Source: an uncultured delta proteobacterium
Lineage (GTDB): Bacteria; Myxococcota_A; Polyangia; Palsa-1104
Direction: 5' to 3'
NCBI GenBank assembly: GCA_963785725.1
Contig: CAWAWS010000007.1
Span: 192,001 to 256,000, forward strand
Length of the DNA: 64,000 nucleotides
The notes below the pieces were generated by a model, which did no database searches, was not told the DNA's origin, and worked only from the letters and a program-made list of their open reading frames with translations. This document shows, piece after piece, positions 20,223-32,181 of this stretch. Position 1 is the first letter of the stretch. The number at the start of each line of letters is the position of its first letter. Both the position numbers and the translations under genes were made by a program.

Positions 20223-20304
20223 CGCCAGCCAAAGTCGATCGTCAAGCCGGATCAGCTCGCCGCAACCGCCGCGCGACCGTGACGACTGACGCCCCACTGG
20301 CGCG

Positions 20305-20320
20305 TGGCATTCACCTTGCC
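20305..20320 (+). promoter_or_regulatory. Sigma54 promoter
   Basis: TGGCAT-TCACC-TTGCC; predicted +1 near 20331. Confidence 0.65.
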
Positions 20321-20332
20321 TAACTACCACCC

Positions 20333-22311
20333 GTGCGCATCCGCGACCGGCTCGAACGCGTGGTGGACATTCGGCCCGGCGAAGGCGTCCGCACGATATT
20401 GATGTTTTTTACCGTTTTGCTGCTCATCGCGTCCTACACGATGACCAAAGCCGTACGCGACGCGGTCTTCCTCGAGCACTTCGGCCTCACGCAGCTCAGC
20501 TACATGATGATCGGCATCGCGGTCGTCGCCGGCATCTTCGTCAGCGCCTACAAGCGCCTCACCGCCGGCCGCCCGCGCAGCTTGGTCGCGCTCTTCACCA
20601 ACAGCATCATCGCGCTCACGCTCGTCGCCATGGCCATCGGCCTCGAGCACGACGTGCAGTGGATTTCGTGGGGCCTCTATTTTTGGTCCGCCGTCTTCGG
20701 CCTCGTCCTCGTCGCCGATTTCTGGCTGCTCGCCAACGACCTCTTCGACGCGCGCGAAGCCAAGCGCCTCTTTCCTATCATCGGCTCGGGCGCGATCTTG
20801 GGCGGCTTCTTTGGCGGTGCGCTCGCCGGCTGGCTCGCCAAGCCGCTGGGCGCGCCGCGCCTCTTGTACCTCGTCGCCGCCGCGCTCGTCGGCGCCGCGC
20901 TCTTGTCGAACGTCGCCTGGCGCTATCGCCGCGCCGACGTGCAGCGCGAGGTCAAGAACGCGCCGCGGGCCAAGCTCTCGGACGGCTTCGCCATCTTGCG
21001 CGAGAACCGCTACGTGCAGCTGATCGCGGGAATCCTTTTGTGCATGACGGTCTGCTACACGATCGTGCAGTGGCAATACAAAGGCATCGCCAAGATCCAC
21101 TTTGGCTCGCACCGCGACGACATGACGGCGTTCTTCGGCACCTTTGCCGCCGTCTTGAACTTGGGGACGTTCGTGCTGCAGGTGCTGGGCACGCCGCGGC
21201 TCTTGCGTCGCTGGGGCGTCGGCTTCGGCCTGCGCGTCTTGCCGAGCGGCATCGGCCTGGGCGCGCTCTTGCTCCTGACGACGGCCGTGTTGCCGCTGCC
21301 GATGCTGGCCGCGGCCGCGACGGCGATGCTGCTCTGCGACGGCTTCCGCTTCTCCGTCGACAAAGCGTCGACCGAGCTGCTCTACCTGCCGATCTCGCGC
21401 GCCGTGAAAGATCGCGCCAAGCCGTTCATCGACACCTTCGTCGACCGCTTTGCCGGCGCGCTGGCGAGCTTTCTGTGGCTGTTCTTGACGTTCGTGTTCC
21501 ACATCGATCGCCCCGATCGCATCGTGTTCGCGTCGCTGTTGACCTTGGCGGTAGCCGCGGTGTGGATGGTGCTCGTCGGCCACGCGCGTAAAGCCTACGT
21601 CGCGGCCTATCGCGAGATGCTGGCGATGTCGCAAAAGGACGCGCCGCTGCCGGCGATCGCGCCGGCGCACGTGGATCGGCGGCTGCAGGAGCGCGTCATC
21701 GCCGAAGTCGGCAAGCTGACGACGAACGACGCGGACGACGACAAGCGGCTGCAGGCGATCGCGCGCCTGGCGCGCAAGACGCCCGATCTGGCGCTGCCCG
21801 TCGCGCCGCTCGTGCCGGCGCTGCTGCGCGAGGCCGAGCTGGTCCAGCGGCTGGCGCTGGCGCTGCAAGCGGCGACGGCAAATTCGGACGCGACGAAGCA
21901 GCCGAAGTCGCTGTTGGCGAGCCTGCTGCAGGTGCGGCTGCGCGTGGCCTTGCGTCGGCTGTTCGATCTGTTGGCGCTGTCGTATCCGGCCGGCGACGTG
22001 CGCGCGGCCGAGGCGGCGATCGTGGCCGAGTCCAACGCGGCGCGCGCCGGCGCCCTCGAGCTGCTCGATAACGTCATTCGCGGCGCGCATCGGCGTCCGC
22101 TGCTCGACGCGCTGGAGTCGGTCGTGCTGCCGCGGCGCGGCCCGGCGCCCGATCGTGCGGCGACGCTGGCGGCGCTGTTCGATCTGCACGAACCGGCGCT
22201 GCGTCGCGAGCTGACGAGAGCCGCGCGCGCCGAAGGCGTCGCCATCGCCGACGTCAGCGAGCCCGAGGAAGAGGCCGCCGTCGCCGACGCCGAGGGCGCG
22301 CCGGCGGTGGT

Positions 22312-22315
<4 letters not shown>
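20333..22315 (+). CDS. Npt1/TLC-like nucleotide transporter (MFS fold) with helical C-terminal extension
   Basis: IRPGEG, KAVRDAVFL, FWLLANDLFDAREAKRLFP, RFSVDKASTELLYLPI, AKPFIDTFVDR. Confidence 0.85.
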
Positions 22316-24364
<2,049 letters not shown>

Positions 24365-24472
24365 GGCGTGCTTGTAATATAGGACGGGCGGGTTGTCACT
24401 GCCCTCGAAAATGGGGCCGATTCCCGCGTGCGAAACGGGTTGCGCGGCGCCGCGGCCGGTCTTAGCGCGGGG

Positions 24473-25588
24473 TCAGCTGGCGGTCTCGGCCGGCGCGTCA
24501 ATCGCGTCCGGCTCTTTCTTGACCGCGCGCTTCTTCTTGGCCGGCGATTTCTCGGGCCGCTTCGGCTTGTCGAACGGCTCCAGCTTCACCGGCCGCCCCT
24601 CGTCGATGCTGCGATAGAGCGCGCGAATGATGCGCACGTCGGCGAGCCCTTCGGCGCCCGACGGCGCCGGCTCCTTGCCGTCGATGATGCAGCCCGAGAA
24701 GTAGGCGATCTCGGTCGCGATCTGATCGCAGGCCTTGAACTTCTTGCGCTTGGTCTTGTTGCCGATGGTGACTTCCTGCCGCCGCTCGCCACGATACTCG
24801 TAGGCGGGATCGAGCGTGAGCGAGCCTTTGGTGCCGATGATCTGGTACCAGCCCGTCGACGCGGCGCCGAAGCTGACCGAGAAGCTCGCCAGTCGATCGC
24901 CGGGAAAACGCAGCGCGGCCACGAGCTGCTCTTCGACGCCGGTGAAGCGCGCGTCGCCGGGTTTCGTGCCGGCCATGCCGATGACTTCGGTCGGCTCCTC
25001 GCCGAAGATGTAGCGGGCGGCGTTGATGCAGTAGATGCCGATGTCGTAGAGCGCGCCGCCGCCTTCCTGACGCGGATTGAGACGCACGTTGTTCTCGGCG
25101 ACTTGCATCGTGAACGCGCTGTGGAAGATGCGCGGCTCGCCCAACTTCTCGCGGCGCACGAGGTCGACGGCGCGCAAGTTGGACTCCTCGAAGTGCAAGC
25201 GATAGGCGACCATGAGCTTGGCGCCGCCGTTGTTGCAAGCGGCGGTCATGGCGTCGCAGTCTTCCTCGGTGACCGCCATCGGCTTCTCGACGAGCACGTG
25301 GATGCCGTGTTTGGCGGCGCGCTCGGCGAATTCGCGATGTTTGTGGTTGGGCACGACGAGGTAGACGGCGTCGATGTCGCCCGAGGCGCACAAGTCGTCG
25401 AAGCCGTCGTAGCCGAGCGTGCGCTGAACGCCGTAGGTCTTGGCCAGCTTCTTCAGCTTGCGTTCGTCGCCGGAGACGAGCGCCGTCAGCTCCGAGCTCT
25501 TCTTGGCGTGCGCGAACGCGGGCAGCACGGCCGCCTGCGCGAAGTGGCCCTGCCCGACGACCGCGTAGCGGATTTTGCGTTTGGCCAT
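24473..25588 (-). CDS. Gfo/Idh/MocA family oxidoreductase
   Basis: YAVVGQG, HVLVEKPMA, GGGALYDIGIY. Confidence 0.93.
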   Translation of the reverse strand: MAKRKIRYAVVGQGHFAQAAVLPAFAHAKKSSELTALVSGDERKLKKLAKTYGVQRTLGYDGFDDLCASGDIDAVYLVVPNHKHREFAERAAKHGIHVLVEKPMAVTEEDCDAMTAACNNGGAKLMVAYRLHFEESNLRAVDLVRREKLGEPRIFHSAFTMQVAENNVRLNPRQEGGGALYDIGIYCINAARYIFGEEPTEVIGMAGTKPGDARFTGVEEQLVAALRFPGDRLASFSVSFGAASTGWYQIIGTKGSLTLDPAYEYRGERRQEVTIGNKTKRKKFKACDQIATEIAYFSGCIIDGKEPAPSGAEGLADVRIIRALYRSIDEGRPVKLEPFDKPKRPEKSPAKKKRAVKKEPDAIDAPAETAS

Positions 25589-25784
25589 GCGCGCATCGTA
25601 CGCCGGGGCGCGTGGGGCGCAAGGCGAGAACTGGCGGGCGCGCCTCCGTGACGATACGGTGTTGATGCACGTGCGCGGCGGGAACACAAGGCTGTCTTCA
25701 ATCGTCACACCTGCCCGCTACCGAAAATAGTTTACGGGAAGGTCACTTCGTGACTAAGATATGCAACCGTTCGGGGAGGTGACC

Positions 25785-26213
25785 ATGAAGTCTGTGCTTG
25801 GATTAGTAGTGGCAATGATGCTGGTAGCGCCGGGTTGCGGCGACGACACGACGTCGACGACGTCGAACTTCGACTTGTCGGCTACGCCGGACTTGACGGC
25901 GCCGGTGGCCGGCAAGGACATGACGCCGGTCAAGGCGACGACCTGTGCCGGAGCACTGGGCTGCGTGAGTCAGGGCTGCCTCACGCTCGGCAGCGAGGCG
26001 GCTGACGCGGCGTGCGGCCAGGAGTGCGCGTCGGCCCTCACGGGCGCTGAAGCGGCCGAGTTCAACGCGTTGTTTGAGTGCGTCGTGACGAATGCTGTCT
26101 CGCCCGGAGACGGCGGCAGCACGGTGTTTGACCCGAGCAAGGTCACAATGGTGCTGGCGGGCGCATGCAAGTTGCAATACCTGAACTGCATGGGTGTCGG
26201 CCTCGACCAGTAA
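25785..26213 (+). CDS. Cys-containing lipoprotein
   Basis: GGAGG RBS, lipobox VAPGC. Confidence 0.8.
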   Translation: MKSVLGLVVAMMLVAPGCGDDTTSTTSNFDLSATPDLTAPVAGKDMTPVKATTCAGALGCVSQGCLTLGSEAADAACGQECASALTGAEAAEFNALFECVVTNAVSPGDGGSTVFDPSKVTMVLAGACKLQYLNCMGVGLDQ

Positions 26214-26237
26214 GTTCTCGCCACTCGGCGGGGTATG

Positions 26238-26272
26238 GGCGGCGTCTCAGCGAGGCGCCGCCTTTTCTTTTT
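26238..26272 (+). terminator. Rho-independent terminator
   Basis: ggcggcgtctc-agc-gaggcgccgcc followed by ttttcttttt. Confidence 0.85.
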
Positions 26273-26287
26273 GTGGTAAGAGGATCC

Positions 26288-26902
26288 ATGCGTACGGCGT
26301 TGGTGGCAGTTGTCTTGTTGTGGGTGCGGCTGGCGGTGGCGAGCCCTGACGATCCCAAGGTCAAAGCGAAGGCGCTCTTCGAGTCGGGAACGGCGCACTA
26401 TAACCTGACGGAATACAAAGAGGCGCTGGCAGACTTCAAGGGCGCCTATCGCCTGTTTCGCGAGCCGACGTTCCTCTTCAACATCGCGCAGTGCGAGCGC
26501 CAGATGGGCGACTTCGCGACGGCGGCGAGCCAGTATCGCGCGTATCGTCGCGAGTCAGCGAACGCGCCCAACCGCACCAACGTCGATGAGCTCATCACCG
26601 AGATGGACAAGCAGGCGGCGCTCCACGTCCACGCCGAATCGCAACCGGCCAAGCCAGTCGTCGTCGAACCGAATCTGGCTCCGACCATACCGCCGCCGGT
26701 GACCACGGCTGCGCCGAGCGAAAGCGCACCGATCTTGATCGCGACCTCGCCGCCGCCACGCAAGCCGATCACGAAGAAGGCTTGGTTCTGGGCGACCGTC
26801 GCCGGTGCCGCCGTTGTCGTTGGTGCCGGCGTCGCTCTGGCCGTCGTGTTCTCCGAGTCTCATGCGCCCACCGCGTCGGTGGGCAGGATCAACGGAAACT
26901 AA
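26288..26902 (+). CDS. Exported TPR protein with Pro-rich linker and C-terminal hydrophobic segment
   Basis: Signal peptide; AKALFESGTAHYNL..FLFNIAQCERQMG; PPPRKPITKKAWFW + TM. Confidence 0.85.
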   Translation: MRTALVAVVLLWVRLAVASPDDPKVKAKALFESGTAHYNLTEYKEALADFKGAYRLFREPTFLFNIAQCERQMGDFATAASQYRAYRRESANAPNRTNVDELITEMDKQAALHVHAESQPAKPVVVEPNLAPTIPPPVTTAAPSESAPILIATSPPPRKPITKKAWFWATVAGAAVVVGAGVALAVVFSESHAPTASVGRINGN

Positions 26903-28713
26903 TGCGTATCGCTGGATTGCTGCTGTTGTCGTCGCTGGCGGTTGGATGCGGCGGGCCCGCTTGTCGCGATCACACGCTGCTCCTGAGCTTCTCTTTGGCG
27001 AGCGGCGTGAGTGCCGACGCACTGTCGATCACGGTCGACGTAGCGGGTAGCGCCAAGGTTTCGCCGCTCGCCCTCAAGAGCGGCACGACCAACGGCACCA
27101 TCGAGATCGACTTTCCTGGCGGCTATCCGAGCGGCAGCGCTGTCGACGTGAGCATCAGTGCGACGTCTGGCGGCGTCCAGACGGGCACTGGCAGCAAGTC
27201 GGTCACAGCCACCGGAAGCTGCCAGAAGCTGTCGATTACGATCTCAGCAGGTCAACCGAGTAACGCGCAGGATATGACCCTCGCGGCGGCGGACATGTCG
27301 CCGGTCGCCAACAAGCATCAAGGCGACGCTTGCGGTCCGACCGACGTCTGCGACACCGGCAAGTGCATCGATGGCTACTGCTGCAACGATACGTGCGGCG
27401 GGCAATGCCAAGCTTGCGACGTCGTCGGCAAGCTCGGCATGTGCACGACGACCACGGACGGAATTCCGCACGGCAGTCGTACCGCGTGCACGGGCAGCGG
27501 CACTTGCGGCGGCGCCTGCACGGGCGCGTCGGCGACGGTCTGCACGTACCCGACGACTACCGTCATCTGTGGCGCGGCGTGCGATGGCCACTGCGACGGC
27601 GCCGGCGGCTGCAGCTCGACCGCCGGCGGCATGTGCCCCAACGGTTTCGCTTGCGGCGCGAGTGGCTGCGACACAACGTGCGCGACCGACGGCGATTGCC
27701 AGCCCAACTTCCATTGCGCCGCACCGAGCTGCGTGCGTGATGTCGAGAGCGACTGCCTCGATGGCAAGGACAACAACGGCGACGGCTTGGCCGACTGCCA
27801 GGATCCGACTTGCACTTCAATGGTGCAATGTGTCCCAGGCGCTCCCGCCGGTGACGAGCTCGGAATTGAGCAGGCGGCAGGGTCGACATGCCCGACCACA
27901 TTTGGCCTATCGGAAGCGCAAAACCAAGGTCTCAATGCCCCGGCCTGTGATACGAGCGGCTGCGGTTGCAACGCCTATGTCACTTGCGACGTGTCCTTGG
28001 CGATCACGAGCAGCACTTCCTGCTCGCCTCGAACCACGCTTGCTACTCAACGCATCGAGCAGCGAGTCGGAGCTTCCAACACCGAAGCACCTACGGTTGC
28101 ACCATGTGCCACGATTCAAACGACCGCAACGAACGGCTTCTTCTTGAACTCGAATAACTATGTCAGCGCTCGGTGCACGGCGACGGGGACCAAATCACCG
28201 ACGGCACCTTCCTGGACGGGCAGCGAGACCTTCTGTGCAACGAACCGAACGTCCGCTACTTGCGCTTCATCTGCGCAAGTTTGCGCGGCGATTCCGCCGG
28301 CCGCGTCTCCCATTTGTGTGCGTGTTCCTTCGGCTGCCGCGAGCTGCCCGGCCGGATATACGACGGGCAAAAGCGCGACGTGGTACGCGAGCTATATGGA
28401 TAGTCGCGCGTGCACGTGTGACTGCGATGCCCCGACGAACGGCGCGTGCGGACCGTATGTCGATAACGCCTTCTACAGCGGCAGCACTTGCCCTATCCCG
28501 ACAACTGGCCCCCAGGGATCCTGTGCACTCGAGGTCGGGATGTGTGACGTTACGGGTGGCGAGTACGCCTGGGGATTTTGTATTTTGTCGAGTAACGAAT
28601 CTGTGAGCGCTGTTGCCGTCACTGCGGCAGACGTGTCGGGAACCTGCAACACGAAGGTCGATAACAGCGGTACGGCGACGCCGACTGAAGGGTCGACGAT
28701 CTGCTGCCAATAG
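26902..28713 (+). CDS. Large cysteine-rich lipoprotein
   Basis: Lipobox LAVGC; CIDGYCCNDTCGGQCQAC; CLDGKDNNGDGLADCQDPTC; TAATG coupling with the TPR gene. Confidence 0.85.
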   Translation: MRIAGLLLLSSLAVGCGGPACRDHTLLLSFSLASGVSADALSITVDVAGSAKVSPLALKSGTTNGTIEIDFPGGYPSGSAVDVSISATSGGVQTGTGSKSVTATGSCQKLSITISAGQPSNAQDMTLAAADMSPVANKHQGDACGPTDVCDTGKCIDGYCCNDTCGGQCQACDVVGKLGMCTTTTDGIPHGSRTACTGSGTCGGACTGASATVCTYPTTTVICGAACDGHCDGAGGCSSTAGGMCPNGFACGASGCDTTCATDGDCQPNFHCAAPSCVRDVESDCLDGKDNNGDGLADCQDPTCTSMVQCVPGAPAGDELGIEQAAGSTCPTTFGLSEAQNQGLNAPACDTSGCGCNAYVTCDVSLAITSSTSCSPRTTLATQRIEQRVGASNTEAPTVAPCATIQTTATNGFFLNSNNYVSARCTATGTKSPTAPSWTGSETFCATNRTSATCASSAQVCAAIPPAASPICVRVPSAAASCPAGYTTGKSATWYASYMDSRACTCDCDAPTNGACGPYVDNAFYSGSTCPIPTTGPQGSCALEVGMCDVTGGEYAWGFCILSSNESVSAVAVTAADVSGTCNTKVDNSGTATPTEGSTICCQ

Positions 28714-28759
28714 GGGTCTCGGGGTGATTCGCGGCGGCGGCGCATGGCCGTCGCTGCTG

Positions 28760-29911
28760 CTACTGATGCACGCCGCCCAGCTTCTGCCGCGGCAGCGCGG
28801 CCAATTCCCGCAGCTGCTCCTCCAGATGCGCCGGCACCTCCGCGAACACATCCTCGACGAGCGTCCGCAGCTCGGGCGCGCCCACGCGCTCCTCCTGCGC
28901 CACCGCGTCGCGCACTTCGCCGTCGAGCTCCGCGCGTAACGCCGCGTCGGCCGCTTCGTCGAGCAGCCCCTCGGCCATGAGCCACGTTCGGAAGCGCACG
29001 ATCGGATCGCGCGCCCGCCACTGCTCGGTCACGCGCTCATCGCGATAACGCGACGGATCGTCCGACGACGAATGCGCCGACACGCGATACGTCAGCGCCT
29101 CGACCAGCGTCGGCCCTTCGCCGCGCCGCGCCCGCGCCACCGCGTCACGCACCGTCGAATACACGGCCAACACGTCATTGCCGTCGCAGCGCACGCCGCG
29201 GAAGCCGTAGGCCAACGCCTTGACCGCCATCGTCGGCGCCGCCGTCTGCACCGCGACCGGCGTCGAGATCGCCCACTGGTTGTTCTGACAGAAGAACACC
29301 ACCGGCGCCTGATACACGCCCGCGAAGTTGGCCGCGACGTGGAAGTCCTCCTCGCTCGTCGCGCCGTCGCCGAGGCAGCCGAGCACGACCGCGTCGTCGC
29401 CGCGCAGCTTGGCCGCCATCGCCATGCCGACCGCGTGCGGCAGCTGCGACGCGATGCACGACGACATCGTCACGTACTTCGCGTCGCGCGTGCCCGGATG
29501 ACACGGCAGCTGCCGCCCTTTGGCGACGTCGTCGGCGTTGCCGTAAATCTGCGCCACGTAGCTGCGCAGCGGCAGCCCGCGATAGATCGCCGCGCCCGCC
29601 TCCCGCAACGCCGGCACGATCCAATCGTTCGGCCCGAGCGCCGCCGCTGCGCCGACGACCGCCGCTTCCTGCCCGCGCGCCTCGCCGTAAAAGCCGATGC
29701 GCCCTTGACGCTGCAGCGCCAACAGCCGCTCGTCCATGATGCGGATGAGCTGCATGCCGCGATAAATCCGCCGCCACTCCGCCGCCGACAGCTGCGGCAC
29801 GCGACCCGCCTGCGCCACGCCGCGCTCGTCGAGCACTTGAAACAGCGTCAGCTCGCTCGCGTCCGCCGGCACGTCGGCGATCTGCCCGCGCATGCGCGTC
29901 GGGTCGGCCAT
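28760..29911 (-). CDS. 2-oxoacid dehydrogenase E1 alpha subunit (second copy)
   Basis: LQRQGRIGFY, GDGATSE..NNQWAIS, TYRVSAHSSSDDPSRYR. Confidence 0.93.
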   Translation of the reverse strand: MADPTRMRGQIADVPADASELTLFQVLDERGVAQAGRVPQLSAAEWRRIYRGMQLIRIMDERLLALQRQGRIGFYGEARGQEAAVVGAAAALGPNDWIVPALREAGAAIYRGLPLRSYVAQIYGNADDVAKGRQLPCHPGTRDAKYVTMSSCIASQLPHAVGMAMAAKLRGDDAVVLGCLGDGATSEEDFHVAANFAGVYQAPVVFFCQNNQWAISTPVAVQTAAPTMAVKALAYGFRGVRCDGNDVLAVYSTVRDAVARARRGEGPTLVEALTYRVSAHSSSDDPSRYRDERVTEQWRARDPIVRFRTWLMAEGLLDEAADAALRAELDGEVRDAVAQEERVGAPELRTLVEDVFAEVPAHLEEQLRELAALPRQKLGGVHQ

Positions 29912-29916
29912 GACGG

Positions 29917-31191
29917 CTAGACCATCTCCATGAACATCAGCGTCGGATCTTCGAGCAGCGAGATGACGTGCACGAGGAACTGCGCGCCTTCGTAGCCGTC
30001 GACGATCCGATGATCGAGCGAGATCGACAGGTTCATGATGTCGCGAATCACGATCTGCCCATCGCGCACGACCGGCGTCGGCTTGATCTTGTGCACGCCG
30101 AGGATCGCCACTTCCGGGAAGTTGATGATCGGCGTCGCCAACACGCCGCCGAGCGTTCCCAGCGACGAGATCGTGAACGTCGAGCCGGTCAGATCGTCGC
30201 GCGTCGCCTTGCCCGTCTTCGACTTCTCGTTCAGCTCGTCGAGCGTGCGCGCGATATCGAACAGCGAGCGCTGATCGGCATCCTTGACGACCGGCACGAT
30301 GAGCCCTTCGGCCGTCGCCGCCGCCACGCCCACGTGGTAGCGCTTGCGCAGCACGATCTCCTGCTTGGCCTCGTCGAGCGTCGAGTTGACGATGGGGAAC
30401 TTCTTGAGCCCCGCGCACACCGCCTTGATGATGAACGGCAGGAACGACAGCTTGATGCCGCGCTCTTCGGCCCGCGCTTTAGCCCGCTTGCGCAGCGCCG
30501 TCAGCTCGGTCACGTCGCACTCTTCGACGTAGGTGAAGTGCGCCGCCGTCTGCCGCGAGCGATGCATGTTCTCGGCGATCTTCTTGCGCACGCCGCGGAA
30601 GGGCACGCGCTCGTCGGCCGCATCCGCGTGCGTCGCGATCGGCTGATACGCGCGCGCCGTCGCCACGGCCGGAGCCGTCGCGTGCGTCGTCGTCGTCGCG
30701 CCGCCGTTGCCGGCGAGCCGCACGTCTTCGTGGGTCACGCGGCCGTTCGGCCCGGTGGCGTTCACCGTCGACAAATCGACGCCCAAGTCGCGCGCCAGCT
30801 TGCGCGTCGCCGGCGTCGCCAACACTTTGCCGCCGGCCGGTCGCGCCGGCATGCTGATGACGTTCGACGACTGCGCCGGCGCCGCATGCGCGGTGGCAAC
30901 GACCGGCGCGGCGTGCGGCGCCGCGGCCTTCGCCGGCGCCGCTGCCGTCGCCGACGCCGTCTCCTCGATGACGAGCATGACCGCGCCCACCGCGCAGATC
31001 TTGCCCTCTTCGGCGCGAATTTCCCGGACGATGCCCGCTTTCGGCGACGGAATTTCGACCGTCGCTTTGTCGGTCATGACCTCCACCATCGGCTGATCTT
31101 CGCGCACGTGATCACCGGGCTTGACGTGCCACTTGACCACTTCGCCTTCGACGACGCCTTCGCCGATGTCGGGGAGCCGAAACTCGAACAT
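29917..31191 (-). CDS. Dihydrolipoamide acyltransferase (E2)
   Basis: Lipoyl domain EVMTDKAT, ATPATRKLAR, DHRIVDG. Confidence 0.96.
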   Translation of the reverse strand: MFEFRLPDIGEGVVEGEVVKWHVKPGDHVREDQPMVEVMTDKATVEIPSPKAGIVREIRAEEGKICAVGAVMLVIEETASATAAAPAKAAAPHAAPVVATAHAAPAQSSNVISMPARPAGGKVLATPATRKLARDLGVDLSTVNATGPNGRVTHEDVRLAGNGGATTTTHATAPAVATARAYQPIATHADAADERVPFRGVRKKIAENMHRSRQTAAHFTYVEECDVTELTALRKRAKARAEERGIKLSFLPFIIKAVCAGLKKFPIVNSTLDEAKQEIVLRKRYHVGVAAATAEGLIVPVVKDADQRSLFDIARTLDELNEKSKTGKATRDDLTGSTFTISSLGTLGGVLATPIINFPEVAILGVHKIKPTPVVRDGQIVIRDIMNLSISLDHRIVDGYEGAQFLVHVISLLEDPTLMFMEMV

Positions 31192-31203
31192 GGTTACCTC
31201 TGA

Positions 31204-32178
31204 CTAAAACTGCGCGGTTTGCTTGATCGCCAGCGCCACGCGATCCGGCGACGGCAAGTATTCGTTCTCGAGCGTATACGGAAACGGCGTGTCGAAGCCG
31301 GCGACGCGCGCGATCGGCGCCTCCAGCGACATCAGCGCCTTCTCGGCGATCAGCGCCGCCAGCTCGGCACCGTAGCCGCACGTCTTCGGCGCTTCGTGCG
31401 CGATGACGACGCGTCCGGTCTTGCGCACCGACGTCAAGATCGTCTCGGTATCGAGCGGCAAGAGCGTCCGCAAATCGATGATCTCGGGATCGAAGCCGTC
31501 TTTTTCCGCGAGCTGCGCCGCTTCCAAGCAGGTGTGCACCATCGCGCCGTAGCACAAAAGCGTCACTTGCGCGCCCGGCCGCACGACTTTCGCCTTGCCC
31601 AGCTCGACGACATATTCACCGTCGGGAACTTCACCTTTGGCCGCGCGATAGACCCGCTTCGGCTCCATGAAGATCACCGGATCTTCGCCGCGCATCGCCG
31701 CCGTCAATAAGCCCTTGGCGTCGTAAGGATTCGACGGCACGACGACCTTCAGCCCCGGCGTGTGCACGAAATAGGCTTCGGGCGACTGCGAGTGATAATG
31801 GCCGCCGCGAATGCCGCCGCCGTACGGCGTGCGAATGACGACCGGGCACGGATACTGACCGCCCGAGCGATAACGAAATTTCGCCAGCTCGTTCACGATC
31901 TGGTCGTACGCGGGATAGATGAAGTCGGCGAACTGGATCTCGGGCACCGGCCGCAAACCGTAGAGCGCCATGCCGATGGCCGAGCCGATGATGCCCGCTT
32001 CGGCGAGCGGCGTGTCGAAGACGCGCTCGGCGCCGAACTCCTCGTACAGCCCGCTCGTGGCGCGGAAGACGCCGCCGAACTTGCCTACGTCCTCGCCGAG
32101 CACGACGACGCGCGGATCTTTGCGCATCTGCAAGCGGAGCGCGTCGTTGACGGCCTGAATGATGTTCCAAACGGGCAT
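31204..32178 (-). CDS. 2-oxoacid dehydrogenase E1 beta subunit
   Basis: GEDVGKFGGVFR, DTPLAE, EIQFADF, GGHYHSQSPE. Confidence 0.96.
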   Translation of the reverse strand: MPVWNIIQAVNDALRLQMRKDPRVVVLGEDVGKFGGVFRATSGLYEEFGAERVFDTPLAEAGIIGSAIGMALYGLRPVPEIQFADFIYPAYDQIVNELAKFRYRSGGQYPCPVVIRTPYGGGIRGGHYHSQSPEAYFVHTPGLKVVVPSNPYDAKGLLTAAMRGEDPVIFMEPKRVYRAAKGEVPDGEYVVELGKAKVVRPGAQVTLLCYGAMVHTCLEAAQLAEKDGFDPEIIDLRTLLPLDTETILTSVRKTGRVVIAHEAPKTCGYGAELAALIAEKALMSLEAPIARVAGFDTPFPYTLENEYLPSPDRVALAIKQTAQF

Positions 32179-32181
32179 TCG

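Noticed and set aside
20152..20282. Two tiny coupled ORFs after AGGGAGG
   Set aside because: 18 and 25 aa, overlapping the putative enhancer repeats; no coding evidence
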